Made by a program: the position numbers and the translations under genes. Positions 11,638-23,716 of a stretch of DNA of 64,000 nucleotides are shown in pieces. Positions within the stretch are counted from its first letter, which is position 1. Each line of letters starts with the position of its first letter. Under the pieces are notes generated by a model that saw only the letters and a list, made by a program, of their open reading frames with translations, had not been told where the DNA came from and made no database searches. Source of the stretch: Raillietiella orientalis (taxonomy: Eukaryota); assembly GCA_036172245.1 (NCBI GenBank), contig JAYWIR010000012.1:620001-684000 (forward strand), in the 5' to 3' direction.

Positions 11638-12900
11638 CGTGCGTTGACAGCTGTGCGGCGCCGTCCTCCGAGCATTGCGGGTTCGAATTCCACCTGCTCA
11701 AGGATTGACGCCGATAACGGGGGGTGCTGGTTGGCCTATTCGTGTGCGACACCGATGGAAGCCGGAAACTGGGTGCCCCCATCGAACCTGGACTGCAAAT
11801 GCATCTTCCGGGTCCTCCCAGGAACCAAGGAGCCTGTTCCCTTGGGGATGCCCCTTCGGTTGTGAAAATAGAGTCGTCCGCCCCTGGCATCGTGGGTTCA
11901 AAAACTCCCAACTGAATCGACGCAGTGCATCGTAGGTCCGACTTTCTCCCGCAAGGTGACGCTGCTTTGCGTTTCATCCGGGTTCATTCGGGTGCGACAC
12001 TGGTAGCGGTTGAAACCGGGTGCCCACGATGAGGGCCGGGACAATGCGAGTCGACCTTCTGGTCCTTCCAGGAATCAAGGAGTGGGAGCTCTCCTCCGGT
12101 TGTGAAGGAAAGGACCCCCATTCCGGGGGACTCTCCGCGTCGTACTGATGGAGTAGGTGTGTCTCCATCACCTCTCCAGAGAGTGCAGAGAAGCGAGCCG
12201 ATCCCTTCGGGGAAGCTGCGTCCTTCTGAATTTCGGAAGCGTCCCTTCGAGGCTCTCTTCAGAGGAGTAAAAATAGGAGCGGATCCCTTGCGGGAGATCC
12301 CTCCGGAGAAGAAATTCCAGGATCGGATCCTTTCCGGGTTCCCTTCAGAGAAGAAAAAATGAAGCAGACCCCTCCGGGGAGTCCTCCGGAGAGAATAAGG
12401 AAATAGATTAGAATATAGAATAAGGAAAGAGATTCCTTTCGGGGTTCCCCTTCGGAGACAACCAGAGTGGAGGTGATCTCCATTCCGGGGATCCCTCCCT
12501 AGGCGTGAGAGGAACGGACTCCGAGCTATTTCCTGGAATCATGGGGAGGTCCCCTCGTGGGGTGTCCCCTAAAACTTGAAGAGTCTCACGCACCCTCGGG
12601 TGACATGGAACCGTGTCAAAGAGCTGCAAAGACAGAAAAAAGGGATTTTCATCATCCTATCTTTTGTATTATCGATGAGAGGCACTATGGAGCTGGTTGA
12701 CACCCCCCTCGGGAGTTGCCCCTCCAGAGTGTAAGAAGCGCTCGCTGCTCCCTTCGGAATTCTCTTCAGGGACATGAACAAGGAGAGGCTGCACCTTGAA
12801 GGTGCCCTCCGGGGAAGAAATTCCAGTAGCGGATGCTTTCCAGGTTCCTTCGGAGATAACAAAAAAGAGGTTCCCTTCGGGTTCCTCTACCAAGCAAGCG
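11638..12900 (+). mobile_element. tRNA-headed SINE-like repeat, copy C (duplicated head module, body, plus a partial second body at 12680-12900)
   Basis: B-box GGTTCGAATTC at 11680-11690; 11735-11870 is repeated at 11983-12115; 12296-12360 is repeated at 12802-12868; homologous to copy B in the opposite orientation. Confidence 0.6.
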
Positions 12901-13442
12901 TAGGAGGAACTCCTTCCAGCGAAGCCTTCCTAGATTCCCACCAATCTGCGCAATAAAAGTTGGTCTCGTATTTGAGATCCTCTTCTTCGGGAAAATTCCG
13001 CTTTCCCGTCACCTTTTCCATCATAGGATCGCCTCTTCCTAAAGTCCAGACCGTTCTTGAGCATTTGATTACAAAAAGGATTGGATTGCACGATACATGC
13101 TATATCCCCGGTGTCGATCAAAGTCCCGAAATATCATTAAAAATAAATTTATCCGTATTATTCTACATAGATTAATATACAAATTTATTTTAATACACAC
13201 AGTTATTCATGTTTATTAACACACATATTATGAAGAGTAATATTATTGGGACATATATTTATTGAGATTCAGTGACAAAGATTTCATCAATATAATTAAG
13301 AAGTCGTTGATTAAATTGCTGATATATGCACTTAAGATCATAAAAAATAAATATGTATTCATATGTATATTTAGGTAAAGATTAATATCTACATTAGTAC
13401 ATATCAGGAAGATTATAAAAATAATGACTATAATGACTGAAG

Positions 13443-13969
13443 GTTTATTAACACTTTCAGTCATTCATTCACTAAAGTTAACTGAAATGACACACACAGT
13501 TATTCATATTATTAACTGCACATATTATTAAGCGTAATATTGTTGAAGCATCTACTGATTAAGATTATTGACATAGATTTTATTGATATAATTAATAAGT
13601 GCTTGATTATATTGTATATAGCTCCATTGAAGATTATAAAAAATAAATATATGTTCTTATAACATGTATTGATACGTATATATTCATATAGATATTTGTA
13701 TGTGTGCGTGTATGCATTTATATTCATACATGTGTATAATCCATAAATATGGTTGTATATAATGACAATATATATTAATTAATTTCTTATAATCTTCAAT
13801 AAAGCTATATACAACATAATCAAGCACTTATTAATGATATTAATAAAATCCATGTCAATAATCTTAATCAATAGATGTTTCAGTAATACGTCCTGTTAAT
13901 AAGTACGAATATCTGTGTGTGTCATTCCAGTTAACTTCAGTACATGAATGACTGGAAGTGTTGATAAAC
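13443..13969. repeat. AT-rich foldback (MITE-like) with ~200-bp inverted arms; a third, direct copy of the arm at ~13195-13360
   Basis: Left arm gtttattaacactttcagtcattcattcactaaagttaactgaaatgacacacacag...gattataaaaaataaat (13443-13650) is the reverse complement of 13775-13969 with scattered mismatches. Confidence 0.85.
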
Positions 13970-14244
13970 TTTTGCTTTCATACGCTTTCATATAGTTCGG
14001 CTGGTGCACAAGCCCTGAAGATTTTTTGAATGACTGCTTGGTCAAGTTTTTAAAACATTAATTCGAACTTTCGATTGGCATCCGTGTCTTCTTAACGATG
14101 GAAAGTTTAAAAATGAGGAAGGCTTGGTAGTTCCTCTAATGTGTCGGTGAACACATAGTAATGGGAGTGAGTGATATGATTAGATAACGTTCCACAAAGA
14201 TTATGTTTATTCTTGAAGCATAACCGAGTCGACTGAAATGCATT

Positions 14245-16127
14245 ATGGATAGTGAAGGAAGGAAATTAATTGTTTGCGACAATGGGACCGGAGTAAGTGA
14301 TGTTCATCCGTAAGAAAATGAAAGTGTGAGGCCTTTTAGTATATATTGAGCAGCAATTTGTTCAGAGAAGAGTATATGATGCAATAATCCAGCAGATTTG
14401 ATTTTTCAGTGTTTTTTCTAAAGCAAGATTTGTGAGTTATAGAAATAAGTCTTTGTGAATCTTAGTTAGGTTTGGTTTCAGTAACGGCACTGTGTGCTGT
14501 TGACTTTGACTTGCTCTTTAAGATAGTAATCAGTTTTGAGCACAATAAAAGAAAGCTAAGCAAGTCGTTGTGAAAACCAAATGTGGTAATTGTCACTGAT
14601 GTGTTTTAGTTTGTGAAATGTGGATACGCGGGTTCCAATTTCCCGTTGCATATTTTTCCGTCAATTATTGGAAGGCCGGTGATACGTGCTGGGAACAGAA
14701 TCGGCGATGTGGAAGTCAAGGTAATATGGATACCCACTTTTACATAGCCAAAACCGAAAAAAATTTGTTAGAATCTTATGATTGGAGATGAAGCCAACAA
14801 ATTGAGGTCTGTTTTGCAAATTACGTATCCTATGGAACGGGGCATTATCAGGTTCGTAAATTTGCACTCGATGATAAATGTAATTGTCTTCAGTGTTTTG
14901 ATGATAGATATAGTTGAGGAAATAATTTTAATGTATCTTTTATCTCATATGCCAGTCTGATTCTGATTCTCCTTTCTATTTTATTTATAAATGCAAAATG
15001 TTGTTTCCTTAAGGAATTGGGAAGATATGATGCATTTATGGGACTATACTTTTGGATCTCAAAAAATGACCATTGACCCTACAGAGTGTAAAATACTGCT
15101 TACTGAGCCTCCAATGAATCCACTGCAAAATCGACGAAAAATGATTGAAGTAAATTTAGATATTGGTGTGTTCATTAATGTTTTCCTCCAGGTTATGTTT
15201 GAAAAGTATCATTTTCATGGATGTTCTATTGCTATTCAAGCAGTACTAACTTTGTGCGCTCAGGGCATGCTCACAGGAGTTGTTGTTGATTCTGGTGATG
15301 GAGTAACACACGTATGCCCTGTATATGAAGGCTATGCCATGCCACATTTGACCAAACGGTTAGACATAGCTGGCCGAAACATAACCCGGTATCTCATCAA
15401 GGTAGGAAACAAATCTTCAGTTTGTGGCAAAATCTGATTGCACAATTAGCTGTTGCAGCTGCGTGGATATGCCTTTAATCATTCAGCTGATTTTGAAACA
15501 GTACGCATCATGAAGGAAAAACTTTGTTATATTGCTTATAACCTAGAGCAAGAGCATAGGTTGGCTTTGGAAACCACTGTTCTGATGGAGTCTTACACTG
15601 TGAATAATTTTGCACTCATCTTTAAAATGGTGTCATAGCTTCCAGATGGGCGTGTTATCAAAATTGGAGCTGAGAGATTTGAAGCTCCTGAAGCTCTTTT
15701 TCAGCCTCATCTTATTGATGTGGAGGGACAAGGTTTAGCAGAGTTAGTGTTCAATACTATACAGTCTGCTGATATTAACATTCGATCTGACCTTTATAAA
15801 CGCATTGTATTGTCTGGAGGTTCAACTATGTATCCTGGTTTGCCATCCCGTCTTGAGCGGGAAATTAAACAGTTGTATTTGGATCAGGTGCAACATGGAG
15901 ATGTTTCCAAATTAGCTGTACGTAGTCTCCATGTGTGAAGTACATATTCGTTTCAGAAATTCAAGATGAGGATCGATGAACCTCCCTTAAGAAAAGATAT
16001 GGTATTTATTGGTGGTGCTGTATTGGCCGATATAATGAAAGATAAAGATAATTTCTGGATAAGTCATGCAGAATACCAGGAAAAAGGGTTGCAGGTGTTA
16101 GATAAACTCGACAGGTGTTCTGAATGA
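14245..16127 (+). CDS. ACTR2: Actin-related protein 2 (Arp2/3 complex subunit), 8 coding exons
   Basis: Exons 14245-14292, 14610-14720, 14772-14851, 15014-15149, 15192-15401, 15450-15599, 15639-15917, 15957-16127, all GT-AG. Protein [28 protein letters not shown]...[10 protein letters not shown]...[16 protein letters not shown]...[20 protein letters not shown]...[21 protein letters not shown] is diagnostic of Arp2. AATAAA at 16186. Confidence 0.96.
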
Positions 16128-17092
16128 TTGCCAAAATATATTTGTGATATTTTTTATATCTGTAAACTTTTAAGTGAACTCATAAAATAAATCAAAACTC
16201 ATGACAGGTTTTCTAAATGGAAAACTGCAGTTTGATTTTTTATACAATGGTGAACAAATGTAGCCAATTCCATTCTGTAAACTACCTCCCTTTAGATAGT
16301 AGCCTTATAATACATGTATTCATAAGTATGTTTGTGTATATGTGCATAGCAATTATTTGACTTCTTGTATATTAAGCACGTTTTCATTAGACAAATTTGG
16401 CATGGTTTTTTTTATTCTAATAGACTTCCTCAGCTGTTTTAAAGTCAAGGTTTTAGATGATGATCAATGGCAACTAGTTGCCTGAGGATGCACAATACAC
16501 AGGACCACTTGAATTTTTAAGCTGGTTCTTCCAAAGGTTTCTTGCAAATTAGCACTCCCCAAATTTCTGTGTACTGATGAAGCTGTTGCATCTGATCCGA
16601 TTTCAAAGACAAGCAGCCCAATGCTGGCACTGATCCCTTAATCCCATCCCTACATCTGATGGAGGTGCACCAAGCCACAGTTAAGGAAAGTGTGAGTACA
16701 GTTACCGGAATTCAACAGCTCTAGGTGGGAAACAGTTGACTGAGACATGAACAGTCGGAGTACGGTCGCAGCAGCAGCAGCTTTTGACTGCAAACCTCAC
16801 GGTGTGCAGCAACCTTCCCATTTCCTTTTATTACAGATTTCAAATCCCTTTCATCATTACTAAGCTTTTTTTTTTCCGGACTGTTAAGCATGAAATGCGT
16901 TAACTGAGCGATGCTTTTGATATTCAAAGCTTTCAACAGAAGTACTTCTCCATGCTGAGGCTCATGTCGCCACGCATCGTTTCAAACGTAATGGCATGCG
17001 ATTCTCGCCATTGGACTTGGGAGAAATCCAACGCTGCCTTCCCAGCAACCACGCGCGACGAAATCCATACCACCGGCCGGGTGCCATGCCTG

Positions 17093-18469
17093 CAGGGTTG
17101 CCAACAGGAGTTAATGGAATCCCACTAGATGGCATTCGAAAACCCGCGATTGTCCGGAAAAAAAAAATCTCCAGATTTTAATACCTAGGAATTTATTCTT
17201 ATTATCACTCCGCAGTTTAGCGCACATGCCATCGCTTGTGTCAGTCAAGACGCTTGCATTTTATCGACGCGAATCCCTTTCGTATTTTGAATGCTTAATC
17301 CTTTATTCTTAAGTGTTTTCACTCCCAGTAGCAGCAATAGAGTCAGCATCACAGGTGTCCAGTTTAGCCAATGCCAAAAAGTGGATTCCACCCTTCCCGA
17401 CTGATGACTGAAATATGCAACAGCAATCCCCATGGCATTTTAGTTACACTAATATTGTTGGATTTATCGATTGAAGCACTGAAAGGACCAGTCCCTATAT
17501 CATCAAGAGCCTTTTCGAAGTGAGATGCCGATATGAACTTTATTATAGCAGTATACTTGGAACGATGTAGTTGGACTTTGCAATTAAAGTGCCCGCGAAT
17601 TTATGCTTACACAGTTCTCCGAGATTGCCAGCTGTTGTTGTTGCTGCGTGACATGCTATGAAGAGACTTAGAGACGGTTGAGCTGTTCGTTGAAAGCTGT
17701 TCGTTCAGAGTCTTTGTCCGTTGAAAAAAAATGTCCAGTTTTCGCGAAGAAGAGAATGCAGCGCTGGCCGACTGATGCTTCTTCGTTTTGTAGGGAGAGC
17801 GTAGACCACGTTTCGCGGTCGATACGCATTTGCAAAATCTGCATTTAGCTTTATCAGCATCTCTCGGAATTTCTAGGATCCAACCTTTAAGCAGCACCTC
17901 ACTTGGCCACTCTACAAAATCGTTGCTGATATTGAGGCCCCACATCTTGAATGAAACAATGAATGAAAATACTGGAAAGGACACCTAATAATTTAACATG
18001 ACACGAGGTATTGAAGCCCACTATACTACAGCACACGTCCAACACACGTAATTTCGTTTACTCTTCAGAGTCAAAGTAAAATCACGTGATATTTTTGTTA
18101 CGAAATTACTGCTGCACGCCTTCGATACGTTTGGAAGGAGAGAGCCGCCCTGACGCTCGTATTCCTCCTTATCACAATCTAAATATCGAAATAATTCCAT
18201 AACAAGGAAGTCGCTGTCCTCGACAGTCTTCATCAGCAATGCAATTATTTATTCATGCAACTCTATGTCCGTCAAGATGGAAACAGAAATGGATAAAGAA
18301 TCCATCATTGAAAATTCTCTTTGGAAGCATGAGAAACTCTTAAACTTCGGCGTCCAGTGATTCCAAAACCACTAGAATTCCTGCAAAGCGGGATAAAATA
18401 CTTTTGGCCGCTAGATGGGTTTCCAAGAACGCTAGATCTAGCGGGAAAACCGCTAAGTTGGCAATCGTG
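17093..18469 (-). mobile_element. hAT-superfamily DNA transposon, internally deleted and decayed
   Basis: Imperfect TIRs CAGGGTTGCCAAC (17093) / GTTGGCAATCGTG (18457-18469); 8-bp TSD-like flanks catgcctg / catgagtg; minus-strand transposase remnants: zinc finger KGWILEIPRDADKAKCRFCKC...TKKH, DIGTGPFSASIDKSNNISVTK (DESTDIS-like), GIAVAYFS...TF, GIRVDK (GIG.DN-like). Confidence 0.8.
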
Positions 18470-21400
18470 CATGAGTGAGCGGGATCCGTTGACACTTGTC
18501 AACGATGACAAGATCGCGACATCTCAAGTTTCCAAAAATTTGAGAAATCAAAGATTGGGAAGAAAATTTGACAAGCCGTGGAACATCTGCTTCGTAAAAT
18601 AGGTGACAGTCTATGGAAAGCTTGGGTACGAAGATTTCTCATTTTAGAAGGAAATGATGTGAACAATTATTGATGAGCAAACTTGAGGTCTTTGAGGCCA
18701 TCACGTATCTTGGAGAATTCGTTCCATTATCAATTCTTCTCGTGCATCAGATAAGAGATCTGATCGTGTTCTTTACATATTGTTTCCAATTGGGCAACCG
18801 TGCATCATCATCTTGATCGTCAAGCATTTTTTAGAAAAATTTCGTAGGAAGAGCCAATTTTCTGGGAACGAAAGACTGGGAAGAGCCACCCCCCGTTATT
18901 ATTCCATTGTACCACCATTTAAAGTAAACAAATCTTTCTTATCAGCCGAATATCTGATAAGTCACCTATTTTTGCTCCAAAATTTTTGCGCTTTTCTGCA
19001 AGCAAGAAATTTCTGCAAGCTTTTAGTCCTTTGTTTCCGGAAGGAGGAGGAGAGAGCGGGAATGGAGATTTTTGTGTGAGGAAAGATGCTCATTTTTAGG
19101 CAGCTTTTCGTTTTGCTTTGCTCCTTCTCTAACATAGATGTGGATTAGCCTTGACGACAGAGTTTATTTCAATTGCCCCATTAGTAATGGATGCAGGATC
19201 TTCCCAAGGATCTAAAAATCACTTAGATCAGCAAAACATATTGTTTAACTGGGCGGACTGTATTGTGAAATGTGATTTTAGCCACGGTTTACATCTGATG
19301 GGAGCACATGACTGATTTTAAATACAGTTTCAAGAAATCGATATTTTTTTTGTATATGCATATAGAAAAACCGTAAATGCTCGCTCTAAATCTCAAGAAA
19401 CCTTGTGCGCAAATCTGGGCAGTTTTTTAGCAATAGAGCCAAAAAATCGGAAAAAAAAAGTTTTTACCGAAGGATGAAGGGCATCTTCATAAGTGCATCT
19501 CGGTTTTTGCTTGCCAGTATTGTGTGCCATTCCGTTTGGATAAAGATAGATTATTGTGTTAGGTTGTATGTCGGTCTTTGTCAACATCCTTTCAGGAGTT
19601 CTTTAACTTCGATCTGATAAGAGTTAGTTCAAGAATCACTGCAGAGGTGATGGAGAAAACTGTGAGCGTCTCAACGCAAATGTTATTAGGCACAAAATAA
19701 AGTTCCTTCTTATGTTCAGAATGAATGAACAAATATGTTGGACCCCACAGCATAACAAATCTTTACTGCTTAATGCTGTGAATTTTAATCTTCTTCCATG
19801 ATGCCCCCAAAAATATCACGAATGAGTAAATTTCTCGAGTTTGAGGCGCGCCCGCAACCACTGCCCTCCCGTTCGGCAGGAAGGCTTACTACCCCTTCCT
19901 CTTCCTTGTCTTCGGCTCTCGTCTCTGCTTTTCTCTTTCCTCCTCCGAGGAATATACGAGGGACCGTTTCGATCCAAGAGATTGACCTAAATTGCTTGAG
20001 ATTCGAGCAGTTTGCTGTCTAAAAAGAGAACGACATGATTAATCATGTGATAGATTTTAGCTCATTCTTTTGTTCTTTTGCTGTTCTTTCTTATTTCTCG
20101 TTTATGGTACTCCTTAACGAAACTAAATACCTTTGTTCATCAATTTTTGTTCATACTAGCTCCGTTCGCAGGAGAATCGAATCTGTTGTTTAGAAGAATA
20201 AAGCTGGAAGGTCCTACATGATAAAAACAAAAAAAGACACATGATTACAAAGGAAATGAAGGTTTCAAAGGTGCATTCTTTATCATATAGAGTATGTTCC
20301 CAAGTTTTCGACATCCGCTTTCTTGGAGACTTTACATTGTGTATGCTGCCATCAAAGTTTTCTAAGTTATGATCGCATGGTAATTAGCACGACTGATGAC
20401 ACAGCATTCACTTGAGAAGTCGGCAGAAAAAATCATTAAACACACTTTGCATGTTTGATAGGAAAAGTCGATTTTTCCAGATTCCGTGTTAAATTGTAGA
20501 CAACTGAAGGATTGCACAGTTGTCATTGTAAGATTTACTTGGTAACGATATACAACATTCGAAAGAAATCTGCATTAGAAATCTCGTCTTCTAGAACACA
20601 TTTTATAGAATAGAAAATAAGAAGTGTGCTTTTCTACGCAAATTCAGAAAGCCAGTTCGCTTGTCATCTCGAAGTGACTGCACAAGCAGGCAGTGCTTAA
20701 AGACGCAAAATTAGTGCTGATGAGAAACGAGTTTTCCTCAAGTTGTTGAATATCAATTCCAGGATGGTTGATTGCATTTTGAAATGACGTGGAAATATTT
20801 TCAATTTAAGCTTTTTTTTCATTTTTCATTTAGAATAATATTTCAGTTGTAGGAAAACTTGCTGGTTATCCAGCAGCATGAGAACTAAACTTAGAAAAAC
20901 ACACTGCAAATCCAGTTTGTAGATTCCTAATTGTTTCTTCAACTGCGTGCACAATGTCACATTTTTAACACTGCTTTCGAGTTTTTCTAGAATCTTTTTG
21001 CACAATATAGATGCCCATTCTCCAATTCATTGGAGGAAATGTACCCTTAAAATTCTATGAGGACGTAGACGTCGGTCATTCAGCATCCAGTAAGAATTAA
21101 AATGCAGTGATACATGACTTATCAGATCAATACTTTTTGACCACTTCCGGCAAAAGTGAAAGATCAGATTCGGAAGGTATATCTAGAAAATCAACTTCGA
21201 AATAAAAGATTTGATAGTGAAGTGCGTTTACATTCACATCAGAACATCTAATTAGCTTATGTAAAGGTCAGTCCCAAAGAACTGTTTTAAACAGAAGATT
21301 GAACACAACAGTGCTCAAACCAAACAAAAACTGTAGAGGAAATTGTTTTTGGATCCAGGAAACATGAACTAGCCAAAAAGACACAACCAAAAAGTAAACA

Positions 21401-22176
21401 GCTTGAAGGGCCAACCAGTTTTGTTTATTCTTCTTATCCACTGTTTATTCGGAGTAGGAAAAACTTGAAGTCCAAGAACTATGAATCAAGAGCAATCAGG
21501 AATGGAGATAAATCGTTAGTTAAAACTCATCGTTCCATTAGAGATAATATGACAAGTGTATATTAAAACCGCTCTAATTACGAAATCAGTACCAAAAATC
21601 AGAAATTTTTTTCGAAAAAAAAAACTTTTATAAAAACGAATAACATCTAGTGTATTTACACCTGACATCAAGAGCTTTGGTTACAATGCAGTGAACGCTT
21701 TAAATTTAACAGAAGCACCAATTCCAAAAGACTGACAACTACATTGTAGTATTCATCAAATAGTCATGATTACCAACTATGAAATGACACGACTCTTTGA
21801 AACACCCCAAAAATTGAACAATAGGGCAAATCAAACAAATCACAAAACAGATAGAGATCACGTTGGTCACTAGAATTAGCAAAAAGACACTTGGAAATAA
21901 AAATGATTCAAGATTGCAAGAATTGCAATCTTGAAATCCTTTAACTTCCATTTGTATAACCATATGCGAATTCTCAATAAAACACACCTGAAAATGTCTT
22001 CAGAATTGCATAGTTAGCTTTTAAATGATATTAAAAAACAACTATACAATTAAAAAGAATACGAAAGTTATTTAAATATAACCTAGATATTCCTTGCCAA
22101 AGATAGATTTCGCCTCTGTCTACCTTTTCTTAAATCAAGGATAAGGAGTCGAACATTCTACACATACCAAATTGCC

Positions 22177-23203
22177 ATTCTGGTTCCGATTCACCGGCAA
22201 CTCCCGCAAACCATCTGTGTGGTCTCGGTAACTGGTTGCATCCTCGTCGACCGTGAAGACTTCTTGATGGAGAGCATTCCGGGCATTCGCACTCGCCCGT
22301 GCGCATTGCAAATGGATGCACGGCGGGCTAGAACGGAGCCACGCTTTCGGGAGGACACGCCTCACGAACAGTTCATCTGAAGGGCTTCTAAAATGGCCAG
22401 GGGCCCTGATAGACGTTCAACGAACGAGTGCCATTGCCGATTCAGAAAACAAGAGCTCCTGCTTCGGATGCTCCCAATCCTCGTACCCTTCGAGAATGCA
22501 TCGAAATCGCAGTTTTTGAGATACTTCCCCGGGACTGCTTCCCCGACCTCTTCTCGGACCGGGTTCAAACCGATTCAAACTTCCTTGTGCACAGCCCTCA
22601 GCTCGGAGGTCGTGCAAACCTTATTTGCCTGACTGCGTTGTTTCAAACGCTCTTTTCTCGGCGAACGCCTGTCTAAGATGGAGGCGCTTTCCCATAGTCT
22701 TCCCCGTCTTGCGAAGAATACTCTTTTGTGACAAGATGCTTCCGCTCCCTGCATTCGATCCGGACGAAGCGTTGGAGCAGCCAAGTGTCGTACTTCAGGA
22801 TGACGACGAAACGGAAGACTACCGACGCCGCGGACGAGGTCTGACGGAAGAGTGAAGATTCCCAGAGAAGGCATTTTAGCAAGCGCCAATGAAACTGCCG
22901 TCATGTTGAACGGCTTGTGGAAACTTGACCGCAACTTCGTCCGTCTCATTTTTTTTCCCCAGTCGGGGCACCGGAGGAAGGTTTTTCGGTTCCACCACGT
23001 GGAGGGGATAGCCGGCATATTTCGGTGCTGGCGAGCTCTTTCCCTTCTTTCTTTTAAAGCGTTTGCTGTTGGCCGGTAATTCACCGGGTGACGCTCGGTG
23101 GATACCAGGATTTCCCCAGCCTCGTGGAACACCTCGAAGAATCCGATGTACTGCCTTTCGAAAGTTATTTTTTCCGGTGCGTCTGCATCACGCGGATACT
23201 TTC
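22177..23203. repeat. ~1.03-kb dispersed repeat, copy 1 (near-identical to 58454-59494)
   Basis: Identical ORF-track translations at a constant 36277-bp offset; by eye one substitution and one 14-bp indel. Confidence 0.95.
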
Positions 23204-23716
23204 GAAGGTTCATTTTTCTTTCTGTTATGTTGTTTCCACGATAATTGGAAACATGACGTGGACGTTCAGTTCTCTTCACTCCGGGAAATGTTTCAGTCTC
23301 AGCTACGTGTGCATTTATTTGTATGCCCTCCTCGCTGGGAAGGGAACGTTTCAGCTGGTCTTGCAGCTTGATCGAATGAAAAGCTAACAGAATGCCACTT
23401 TAATGCTCGAACTTTTGTCTGATGAGCCTGCAGCTCTGCGAACTCTCTGTTTTGGTTCCCAACGTGGGAGCAGGCCGCTTTGGCAAATTGGAAAATCCAT
23501 GTCAAGGAGAGTACGAAAAACGCTGTACCAAAAAGATAAAACGTTCAGATGACGATGTGTCTCTTATCGCCTAATGATCACTTTCCTGGATTGAACTGAA
23601 GAGTCACGTTGGCCAGAACAGATGCAGTGACAGATGTGTTGGAGGTGAAATACGCAATTCTCAAGAGCGTTTGATTGCTATAGGAAATAAAATGAGTGGT
23701 TAAGTGGGACCACGGA

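Noticed and set aside
20750..21350. Ancient CR1/L2-like RT remnant (similar hints at ~28.6-28.9 kb and ~30.8-31.6 kb)
   Set aside because: Only faint motif echoes (PQRTVL, FDS); too decayed to support without a profile search.
23418..23445. Hammerhead ribozyme cores (CTGATGA here; also ~7312 and ~20717)
   Set aside because: No stem II followed by GAAA and no stems I/III could be formed.
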